Positions 8,452 through 16,276 of a stretch of 32,000 bases of DNA are shown piece after piece. Under the pieces are notes generated by a model that was given only the letters and a program-made list of their open reading frames with translations, did not search any database and was not told where the DNA came from. Source of the stretch: Acaryochloris thomasi RCC1774. Lineage in GTDB: Bacteria > Cyanobacteriota > Cyanobacteriia > Thermosynechococcales > Thermosynechococcaceae. Both the position numbers and the translations under genes were made by a program. The stretch lies in NCBI RefSeq assembly GCF_003231495.1, contig NZ_PQWO01000003.1, positions 270,001-302,000 on the forward strand, written 5' to 3'. Each line of letters starts with the position of its first letter. Position 1 is the first letter of the stretch.

Positions 8452-9309
8452 ATGACTACGGCCCCCATTATGGAACCCATCAAGCTATTAATCATTGAGG
8501 ATGACACTGGTGACCTCGAGCTACTGGAAGCGTACCTTGAGCCAATGGAATCGGAAGTCATTGAAGTTGTTGTCTGTCAATGGCTTCGGGATGCGAAACA
8601 ACAGTTAGAATCGCAACGTTTTGACCTAATTCTCTTGGATTTATCCCTACCAGATAGTAGAGGATTAGACACCTTTAGAAAAATTCAGGGTTTTGCGCCT
8701 ACAGTACCCGTTGTGATTCTCAGTGGCCTCAGTGATCAAGATCTATCATTGCAGGCTGTCCGCTTAGGTGCTCAAGACTATTTAACAAAAGACCAGGTCA
8801 ATAGCCAGATTCTGTTGCGATCTATTCATTACGCCGTTGAGCGGCACAGGCTCCTATTACAGGCTGGCCAAACGGAGCGGCAAACCCAGAATGAACGTGA
8901 CCTATATCTGCTGGAATCTTTACCCACCCAGCAAAGCACTGTTACTGCGATGTTGTATAACTCAGCCTCGCTCAAAGCCAGTTTCCCTGATGAGTTTCAG
9001 CAAATGGTTCAGCAGTATGGCCGATTGATGGATCTAGCCTTAGAAAAGCGTATGTTTCAGCTCGGTAGCTCGCTTTCTGACCAGCTTCAGGCTGTGGCAG
9101 AAAACCTTGCTTTTTATCAAGTTGGCCCCCGCGACGTGATTGAAATTCATACCGCTGCCGTTCAAACGAAGACCGCTGATTCGCCTTCCGAGAAAACAAC
9201 CGCCTATCTGGAAGAATCTCGTTTTCTAGTGCTAGAGCTGATGGGATATTTGGTCGCTTACTACCGTCGCTATTGTGTTAGAGTCAATCAGCCCAAAATA
9301 AAGCCATAA
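8452..9309 (+). CDS. kaiA3: Chimeric KaiA-like protein: canonical response-regulator receiver domain fused to a KaiA-type C-terminal domain (KaiA3-type)
   Basis: aa 11-135 form a complete REC domain: EDD 16-18, phospho-acceptor D63 in LILLDLSLPD (nt 8638-8640), S91 and K113. The C-terminal segment GPRDVIEIHTAAVQ...EESRFLVLELMGYLVAYYRRY aligns by eye with the S. elongatus KaiA C-terminus (VTKVVEIHMELMDEF...LLDYRLTLIDVIAHLCEMYRRS). The gene lies 22 nt upstream of kaiB. An alternative start is ATG 8470. Confidence 0.7.
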   Translation: MTTAPIMEPIKLLIIEDDTGDLELLEAYLEPMESEVIEVVVCQWLRDAKQQLESQRFDLILLDLSLPDSRGLDTFRKIQGFAPTVPVVILSGLSDQDLSLQAVRLGAQDYLTKDQVNSQILLRSIHYAVERHRLLLQAGQTERQTQNERDLYLLESLPTQQSTVTAMLYNSASLKASFPDEFQQMVQQYGRLMDLALEKRMFQLGSSLSDQLQAVAENLAFYQVGPRDVIEIHTAAVQTKTADSPSEKTTAYLEESRFLVLELMGYLVAYYRRYCVRVNQPKIKP

Positions 9310-9331
9310 ATTATTATCCCGAGTGTCTTCC

Positions 9332-9607
9332 ATGAGCAAGATTCTGCTAACGCTTTATATTACTGGACGGACCCCAAAGGGAGAAAGGGCGATTGCAAAC
9401 CTTTCACAAATATGTGACTCACAATTTCCAGACCAGTATCAAATCAAAATTATCGACGTGCTTGAGCAACCTTACCTAGCAGAGCAAGAAAAGATATTGG
9501 TAACGCCTACTTTGATCAAGCAGCTCCCTCCACCTCTAAGACGCCTCATTGGCGATCTATCTGATCAAGAGCAAGTATTGGTCGGTTTGAACGTGCACCC
9601 CCAATAA
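9332..9607 (+). CDS. kaiB: Circadian clock protein KaiB (short form, no acidic tail)
   Basis: The translation LLTLYITGRTPKGERAIANL...IIDVLEQPYLAEQEKILVTPTLIKQLPPPLRRLIGDLSDQEQVLVGL is closely collinear with KaiB. ATG 9332 is preferred over the in-frame GTG at 9323. Confidence 0.9.
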   Translation: MSKILLTLYITGRTPKGERAIANLSQICDSQFPDQYQIKIIDVLEQPYLAEQEKILVTPTLIKQLPPPLRRLIGDLSDQEQVLVGLNVHPQ

Positions 9608-9643
9608 TCTAGCAACAGAAGTTCCTACAATTATTTGGCGTTT

Positions 9644-11191
9644 ATGAGTTCCAATCAAAAGTTTGCAGACATCCAGGCTGATGAATGTGTAGAAAAACTA
9701 CACACGGCTATCCCTGGTTTAGACCTTATTGCAGAGGGCGGCCTGCCTCAAGGACGAGTGACATTACTCTCTGGGACCGCAGGCAGCGGAAAAACAGTGT
9801 TAGCGGCCCAGTTTCTGGCTGCAGGCATCGTGCACTGCGACCAGCCAGGGGTGTTTATCACGTTCGAAGAACCGCCCAAGGCGATCCGCAAAAATATGCG
9901 TGGATTTGGCTGGACGATTGCGCAATGGGAATCAGAGCAGAAATGGGCGTTTGTGGATGTGTCCCCTCAGCCTCATCAACCACCAACGGTGACGGGCGAG
10001 TATGACATGGGGCCGCTGCTGGCCCGTATTGAGTATGCCATTCGTAGTATCAAGGCGAAACGAGTGGTGCTTGACTCCCTCGGCTCAATTTTTAATCGAA
10101 TTCCCGATCAAGCTTTAGTGCGCGAGGAACTCTTTCGATTGGCGCTTGCGTTAGGTGAGCTAGGAGTTACAACTATCGTCACTGCTGAGCGTGCCGCTGA
10201 ACATGGTGAAGTGGCTCGTTTTGGCGTCGAAGAATTTGTGACGGATGACGTGATTATTCTTCGCAATGCCCTCGAAGCCGAAAAAAGACGCCGAACGGTA
10301 GAGATTCTAAAGTTTCGAGGCACCTCTCACCAAAAAGGTGAGTATCCGTTCACAATTTTGCCAGATGAAGGACTGATCGTAATTCCACTATCTGCGATGG
10401 AGCTGACCCAAACGTCTACTGATGAGAGGATTACGTCAGGGATATTGGAGTTAGATGACCTGTGCAACGGTGGCTTTTTCCAAGATTCGGTGATTTTGGT
10501 GTCAGGACCAACAGGCACCGGTAAAACACTCCTGGTGACTCAGTTTTTGGATGGCGGCTTCAAAAATGACGAGCGCTGCCTGTTATTTGCCTTTGAAGAA
10601 AGTCGCGATCAGCTTAATCGTAATGCAACCGGCTGGGGCGTCGATTTTGATGCAATGGAAGAAGCCGGTCTGCTGAAAATAGTTTGCCGCTACCCTGAAT
10701 CGACTGGATTAGAAGATCACCTGATCCGGATGAAAGAAGTCATGGAGGCTTATAAACCCAATCGTGTCGCCGTTGATAGTCTTTCTGCACTGGAACGGGT
10801 TTCGACGGAAAAAGGCTTTAGAGAGTTCGTGATTAGCCTGACTTCGTTTATCAAGGCCCAGAAGACCGCTGGTTTATTCACTGCGACCACCGCCAATTTG
10901 TTAGGAGGCACCTCGGTAACAGAGGCACATATTTCTACCATTACGGACTCCATTATTTTGTTGCGGTATGTGGAGATGTTCGGTGAGATGCGTCGCGGGA
11001 TGACGGTGCTGAAAATGCGAGGTTCCATGCATGTGAAGGATATTCGGGAGTTTCGGATTGATGGAAGCGGCGCCCATATCGGTAAGCCGCTTCGCAACAT
11101 CAATGGCATCCTTTCTGGCAACTTTTCCTATATGAATCAGGGTGAATTAGATAGAATGAGTCAGCTCTTTAGTGAACCTTCTGCTCATTGA
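9644..11191 (+). CDS. kaiC: Circadian clock ATPase/autokinase KaiC (double RecA-like domain)
   Basis: Two Walker A motifs (GTAGSGKT at nt 9773-9796 and GPTGTGKT). Catalytic EE pairs in ITFEEP and FAFEES. The phosphosite motif EAHISTITD has Ser at 10934-10936 and Thr at 10937-10939. There is a C-terminal A-loop-like INGILSG. ATG 9644 is preferred over the TTG at 9635; with it, Ser/Thr number 431/432. Confidence 0.92.
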   Translation: MSSNQKFADIQADECVEKLHTAIPGLDLIAEGGLPQGRVTLLSGTAGSGKTVLAAQFLAAGIVHCDQPGVFITFEEPPKAIRKNMRGFGWTIAQWESEQKWAFVDVSPQPHQPPTVTGEYDMGPLLARIEYAIRSIKAKRVVLDSLGSIFNRIPDQALVREELFRLALALGELGVTTIVTAERAAEHGEVARFGVEEFVTDDVIILRNALEAEKRRRTVEILKFRGTSHQKGEYPFTILPDEGLIVIPLSAMELTQTSTDERITSGILELDDLCNGGFFQDSVILVSGPTGTGKTLLVTQFLDGGFKNDERCLLFAFEESRDQLNRNATGWGVDFDAMEEAGLLKIVCRYPESTGLEDHLIRMKEVMEAYKPNRVAVDSLSALERVSTEKGFREFVISLTSFIKAQKTAGLFTATTANLLGGTSVTEAHISTITDSIILLRYVEMFGEMRRGMTVLKMRGSMHVKDIREFRIDGSGAHIGKPLRNINGILSGNFSYMNQGELDRMSQLFSEPSAH

Positions 11192-11905
11192 TTGATAAGG
11201 GCTGCATCTGTACAAGATGGTCGTAATGCTGGAACTACTTTCTAACCCTCTATGATTTCTGCGCTCCTAGAAGAACGGTGGAGCTTTGTGTGCTAAATCT
11301 CCTACTCTTTTGCGCACTATACTGTCGGGCTAATGGGTATAGTTGCTTCTGCGAATAGATGCTGTAGCACGTTTAACCAAGTTACAATTTTCCTATAGCT
11401 TTGCGGCGGTGCATCTTTTCAGCTCCAAATAGAGTCACGATTACGATCTCTCGCCGAGATGTATTTTCACACCCACATCAATGGAATGCGAAGCAGCGTT
11501 ACCTCTTAGCTTGAATCTGCGATGGCAGATTCTTTTTCGACTCCAGGTAATTTCAACTATCGAGACTAAGGCCCGATGACTCTCTTGAGCTAATGAGAGA
11601 AGCTTTGAAAGCTTGTGCTAATTTAACCTGTCTCACCTTATCAATTTATTCCTTTATTCTTTATCCAACAAGTTTCTTATACGTGTTCTCATACTTTTCA
11701 AGCATGTTCTTATACATTTTCTTTGACCTCGTAACGGCAAATAAGTGCTATGTATTTGTTGGGTAGATTTTCTTCCTAAATAAAATATATTCTTGTTGGA
11801 GAAATGATCGTTTTATCGTTGAGGCGGGCTAAATAAAGCATGGATGTTAGATCGTAGAATTTAATTTCCTAATTTGCCGATACCTACAGCGTCTGACATT
11901 GAGTT

Positions 11906-14014
11906 ATGCCTACAGGTTCTATTAAGCTTCTAGTAATTGATGACGACCCCGTCGATATTAAGCTCCTGTCGACGTACTTGTCTGGCCACCCACAGCTTCG
12001 GTTTGAACTTCAAGCGGCTCATAGTCTGTCAGAGGGCTTGAGCTGCTTAAAGCAGGATGATGTCGATGTTGTTTTATTAGACTTGTTCTTGCAAGATGGC
12101 GGGGAGGGGCTTCCCACTTTTCGAAGACTCTATGACCACTGTCGAGATATACCAATTGTTATCTTGACTGGGCTGCAAGATGAGTCGTTAGCGGTCTGTG
12201 CACTCCGAGAAGGTGCTCAAGACTATCTCACAAAAGGAAACTTCGACTGCAATTTATTAGGGCGAACGATTCGGTACGCAATTGAACGACATCATTTGCA
12301 TACGCAGATTGAATCCCAAAATCAAGCATTACGACGGAGCGATCACGAGCTGCGCAACCTAATTGAGCGGAATATAGACGGCATCCTGATCTTGGATGAG
12401 AACGGCACTATTCAATTTGCTAACGCGGCCGCGGCCAAGCTTCTAGGACAGCCTGCCTCTGAGATGGTTCAAGAGTGCTTTGGGGTTCCCTTGGTCCCCA
12501 ATCATATGGTTGAGGTGGAAATCCCAGGATCCCCTGAAAAATCCAAAAATGCTGAACTACGTGTGGTGGAGCTGACCTGGGAGGGGAAGAAAGCCTATCT
12601 TGCTTCTTTACGAGACGTGACTCAGCAAAAGGAATCAGAGGTAACTCTACAGCAATTAGCCTACAGTGATTCGCTGACGCATCTTGCCAATCGGGCATTG
12701 TTTATGGAGCGTCTGCGTCAAACCTTAGCCCGTGCTCATCGTCATTGTGATCGTCCGTTTATGGTGATGTTTATCGACCTTGATCACTTCAAGCAGGTAA
12801 ACGATACGCTAGGTCACTCTGCGGGCGATCAGTTGCTGGTTCATGTGAGTCATCAACTGCAACACTGTATTCGGCCAGAGGATACGCTGGCTCGATTGGG
12901 TGGTGATGAATTTGCCATCATTCTGGAAGATATCACTGAGGTTGGGGACGCCATTCGCATCGCAGAGCGCATCTTAGGGCAATTATCTCAGCCTTATACT
13001 TTGCAAGGACATGATTGTCTCATCAGTGGCAGTATTGGCATTGTCTCTAGCCAAAATCAGCTCACGAAAACAGCCTATCCTGATATCGAAAGCTTGCTTC
13101 GAGACGCTGATATTGCGATGTACCGAGCCAAGCAGGAAGGGAAAGCTCGATACGCTGTCTTTGATCACCGTGCGCAGGCCAAGGCAATGCTGGAGTTTGA
13201 GCTTGAGGCAGAGCTGCGACGTGCGGTTGCTCAACAGGAACTCTGTTTGTTCTATCAGCCCATTGTGCGTTTAAAGACCGGAAAGATCTGTGGTTTTGAA
13301 GCGTTAGTGCGTTGGAAGCATCCTCGGCGAGGTCTTCTGGTACCTGGAGAGTTCATGCCCGTCGCGGAACGAACCGATTTAATTGCTGAGATCGATACTT
13401 GGGTGCTGCAATCAGCCTGTCAGCAGTTTCAGTGGTGGAATACGCAAGGGCTCAGTCAACAACTAGGAACGGTGAGCGTTAATGTATCGGGTCGCCGCTT
13501 GGCTCAAAAATCTTTTATCGAGCAAACGCAGCAGGCTCTGCACCGTAGTGGTCTATCGCCGCACCATCTACAGCTAGAAATTACTGAAGATATCATTCTG
13601 ACCAATACGCAAACGGTGGTGAGCAGCTTAGAGCATCTGCGAGCTTTGGGATGCAAATTGAGCATTGATGACTTTGGTACTGGGTATTCTTCGCTCAGTA
13701 GACTGCATTCATTTCCGCTCGATACGCTGAAGGTGGATCGTTCCTTTTTGCTACAGGCCGCTCGCCAACAGAACCACTGGTCGATTGTGCAGGCGATTAT
13801 TAACTTGTCCACCGATTTGGGCTTGAGTGTCGTTGCTGAGGGGATTGAAACCAATGAACAGTGTGATCGACTACGGCAACTTTCCTGTAGCAAGGGACAA
13901 GGATACCTCTTCTCGAGACCCGTCACTCAAGAGAAAGCAACCCAGTTATTGAGGGCCAATCAGTCATACCTTGAACCGGTCGTTTGCCCGACGACGGCTC
14001 TGCAATATGCATGA
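11906..14014 (+). CDS. Response regulator with REC-PAS-GGDEF-EAL architecture (c-di-GMP synthase/phosphodiesterase)
   Basis: 702 aa. REC domain (DDD 12-14, D59, T88, K110). PAS region at aa ~145-245. GGDEF domain with RPED-x5-GGDEF (I-site plus active site, aa 323-336). EAL domain with EALVRW, SVNVS, EITE, DDFGTG, KVDRSF, EGIET and QGY. Confidence 0.92.
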   Translation: MPTGSIKLLVIDDDPVDIKLLSTYLSGHPQLRFELQAAHSLSEGLSCLKQDDVDVVLLDLFLQDGGEGLPTFRRLYDHCRDIPIVILTGLQDESLAVCALREGAQDYLTKGNFDCNLLGRTIRYAIERHHLHTQIESQNQALRRSDHELRNLIERNIDGILILDENGTIQFANAAAAKLLGQPASEMVQECFGVPLVPNHMVEVEIPGSPEKSKNAELRVVELTWEGKKAYLASLRDVTQQKESEVTLQQLAYSDSLTHLANRALFMERLRQTLARAHRHCDRPFMVMFIDLDHFKQVNDTLGHSAGDQLLVHVSHQLQHCIRPEDTLARLGGDEFAIILEDITEVGDAIRIAERILGQLSQPYTLQGHDCLISGSIGIVSSQNQLTKTAYPDIESLLRDADIAMYRAKQEGKARYAVFDHRAQAKAMLEFELEAELRRAVAQQELCLFYQPIVRLKTGKICGFEALVRWKHPRRGLLVPGEFMPVAERTDLIAEIDTWVLQSACQQFQWWNTQGLSQQLGTVSVNVSGRRLAQKSFIEQTQQALHRSGLSPHHLQLEITEDIILTNTQTVVSSLEHLRALGCKLSIDDFGTGYSSLSRLHSFPLDTLKVDRSFLLQAARQQNHWSIVQAIINLSTDLGLSVVAEGIETNEQCDRLRQLSCSKGQGYLFSRPVTQEKATQLLRANQSYLEPVVCPTTALQYA

Positions 14015-14050
14015 CTGTGCGTGAATGCTGAGCTGGGTTCAAGTTGCCTT

Positions 14051-14086
14051 GAAAGCACCATCGTTTTTTGAACCGATGGTGCTTTT
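14051..14086. terminator. Intrinsic terminator hairpin between the convergent GGDEF-EAL and aminotransferase genes
   Basis: AAAGCACCATCG (14052-14063) and CGATGGTGCTTT (14074-14085) form an exact 12-bp stem with a 10-nt loop. The stem has an A-tract on its 5' side and T-residues on its 3' side, so it could act in both directions. Confidence 0.7.
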
Positions 14087-14124
14087 CTACCTCTAGGTCA
14101 AGGTTGCGAGATAGAGCAGAATTC

Positions 14125-15291
14125 CTAGGAAGCGCTGTAACCTTCCTTGGCCAAAACTTCTTTTAGGGCCGTGAGCAACAGCGTCACATTCTCAGGGCGA
14201 CTGTTGAAGCCCATGAGGCCGACGCGCCAGGCTTTACCTGCGAGTTCACCTAGGCCGTTGCCGATCTCAATATTGTAATTTGCTAGAAGCTGACGGGTGA
14301 CGGCTTTGCCATCAATACCTTCTGGAATGCACACCGTTGTCAGCGACGGCAGACGATATTGAGCCTCAACGTGACATTTGATACCCATCTCTGCTAGCCC
14401 TTCCCAGAATAGCTCTGCTGTGTGGCGGTGTCTGGCCCATCGGGCCTCTAATCCTTCATCTGCGACTAGCCGGAGGGCCTCCCGAAGCGCATAGTTCATG
14501 TTGATGGGAGCGGTGTGATGGTAGGTGCGCTCTGTTCCCCAATACTGGGCCACCAGGGCCATGTCGAGATACCAGTTCGGCACTGGTGTTTTTCGTTGAG
14601 ATAGCTTGTTCACGGCACGGGGGCCGAGGGTGAACGGGGCAATGCCGGGAGGACAGCTTAGGCACTTTTGACTGCCGCTATAGGCCATATCAACGCCCCA
14701 TTCGTCTAGTAAGAGGGGAACACCGCCTAGGCTCGTGACCGTATCTGCGAGCAGTAGACAATCGTACTCACGGCAGAGGTCACCCACGTCTTCGAGAGGC
14801 TGACAGGCTCCGGTGGAGGTTTCGGCGTGGACTAGGGCCAAGATGGCGGGACGGTGTTCTTCCAGTCCTGCTCTAAGCTCATCAAGATTGAAGACTTCTC
14901 CCCAGGGTTTTGTGAGCTTGCGAACGTCGGCTCCGTAGCGACCGGCCATATCAACTAAGCGATGACCGAAGTATCCGTTGATGCCGACCAGGACCACATC
15001 CCCTGCTTCGATTGTGTTGGCAAGCGTGCCCTCCATGGCGGCGCTGCCGGTGGCGCTCACGGGAATGGTCAAGGGGTTATCGGTTTGCCACGCATATTTA
15101 AGGAGACTTTGGATTTCATTCATCAGCTCGATGAATTGAGGGTCAAGATGGCCGATCTGGCGCATGCCCAAAGCCTGGAGAACGCGAGGATGGGCGTTGG
15201 ATGGTCCTGGGCCCAGAAGAAGGCGCGGGGGAACGTCGAGCTGCTGGGTTTGAATGCGGTGGTTTTCGTTGATGAGTAAGGATGCGTTCAT
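14125..15291 (-). CDS. Class-V pyridoxal-phosphate aminotransferase (alanine-glyoxylate / serine-pyruvate aminotransferase type)
   Basis: Contains LLGPGPSNAHPRVLQA, the PLP-lysine block YSGSQKCLSCPPG and LRVADEGLEARWARH. Start taken at ATG 15291 (MNASLL...). The ORF continues to 15351 without homology-like sequence. Confidence 0.85.
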   Translation of the reverse strand: MNASLLINENHRIQTQQLDVPPRLLLGPGPSNAHPRVLQALGMRQIGHLDPQFIELMNEIQSLLKYAWQTDNPLTIPVSATGSAAMEGTLANTIEAGDVVLVGINGYFGHRLVDMAGRYGADVRKLTKPWGEVFNLDELRAGLEEHRPAILALVHAETSTGACQPLEDVGDLCREYDCLLLADTVTSLGGVPLLLDEWGVDMAYSGSQKCLSCPPGIAPFTLGPRAVNKLSQRKTPVPNWYLDMALVAQYWGTERTYHHTAPINMNYALREALRLVADEGLEARWARHRHTAELFWEGLAEMGIKCHVEAQYRLPSLTTVCIPEGIDGKAVTRQLLANYNIEIGNGLGELAGKAWRVGLMGFNSRPENVTLLLTALKEVLAKEGYSAS

Positions 15292-15416
15292 GCTGGTTGT
15301 GCTGCTGTGGAGCGGTGAGTTAGGACTGATGCAAACAGCTCCATCACACAAAATTTGGTGTGTTGTTGGTAGACTATTAATGCATAACTCTCTTTAATGT
15401 CTCACGAAGCACCCTA

Positions 15417-15647
15417 ATGCAAAAGCGCAACAGTATTGATACGACCCACATCATGCGTCGGGCCGAAGAGCTAATCGGAGGCGCATCAAATCGGTACAAA
15501 ATTACGGTTCAGGTTGCAACCCGTGCGAAGAAGCGGCGACGACGAGAGCATCTAGAAGATTTTGAAGATTCGGGTCTTAAAACTGTGATGCAGACCATTG
15601 TAGAGATGGCAGATGAACTGACGCAGCCTGAGATTATCGGCGAATAG
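15417..15647 (+). CDS. rpoZ: RNA polymerase omega subunit (cyanobacterial RpoZ/Ycf61)
   Basis: 76 aa. The blocks [19 protein letters not shown] and [15 protein letters not shown] match the cyanobacterial omega signature. Confidence 0.9.
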   Translation: MQKRNSIDTTHIMRRAEELIGGASNRYKITVQVATRAKKRRRREHLEDFEDSGLKTVMQTIVEMADELTQPEIIGE

Positions 15648-15649
15648 CA

Positions 15650-16276
15650 ATGAAAAAATGGTGGTTTATTGGGGTTGCGATCGCAACGACTCTCACTATT
15701 ATTCTAGGGACCGGCCATCGATCATTACTTTCCATCGACTCTGCCGCTGCTCAACGAATTGATCCTAGAGAAGTCGCAGCTCAGGTATATCAACAGCAGC
15801 CTGAGCTGCCGCTGGAAAATCAATATATCCGTAAGCGCAGCCGTAAAGCTGTCGAAAGCAGCACATTGGTGAGCCGACTGATCGAATACCACACCCTCAC
15901 CAAGGGACGATCACCGCAGTTCCGCCTAGACTGGAAGTTTACGTTTGCTGATTACCTGGGCCTCAACGAATACCTCGTTGAGAAAAAGTATCCCGGCCAT
16001 GCCTATCTTAAATCTAGTCCGATGGAGCAGGACCAAGCCATCATTCAGTCCTTCAATCGCCAGCAGCGCGCGGATCTCATTCAGGCGCTCGTGGATCTCC
16101 ATACAGCAGGGACCGTGACTGCCCCCGCCGAATCGCCTCCAGCTCCTGCCACATCAGAAAACGCTGCGCCGCAACCTCGCCCACAGCCGTCTCAAGATGC
16201 AGATCTGTTGCGGGTCACGCCTCCTGCCACTTCTCCTCAACCCACAGGCGCATCTCGCCTCCTGCTGCCGCAGTAA
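15650..16276 (+). CDS. Hypothetical secreted or membrane-anchored protein with Pro-rich C-terminus
   Basis: 208 aa. It has an N-terminal hydrophobic segment (WWFIGVAIATTLTIILG) and a P/A/S/Q-rich tail. It starts 2 nt after the rpoZ stop. No family recognised. Confidence 0.6.
   Translation: MKKWWFIGVAIATTLTIILGTGHRSLLSIDSAAAQRIDPREVAAQVYQQQPELPLENQYIRKRSRKAVESSTLVSRLIEYHTLTKGRSPQFRLDWKFTFADYLGLNEYLVEKKYPGHAYLKSSPMEQDQAIIQSFNRQQRADLIQALVDLHTAGTVTAPAESPPAPATSENAAPQPRPQPSQDADLLRVTPPATSPQPTGASRLLLPQ
15677..15684. repeat. HIP1 octamer GCGATCGC
   Basis: Exact match read in the sequence. Confidence 0.95.

Noticed and set aside
13504-13926. 140-aa minus-strand ORF
   Set aside because: It is antisense within the EAL domain coding region, and the EAL motifs on the plus strand are unambiguous.
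15292-15351. N-terminal extension of the aminotransferase ORF
   Set aside because: The conserved sequence begins after the internal ATG at 15291 (MNASLL...). The extension is Cys/Ser-rich and looks non-coding.
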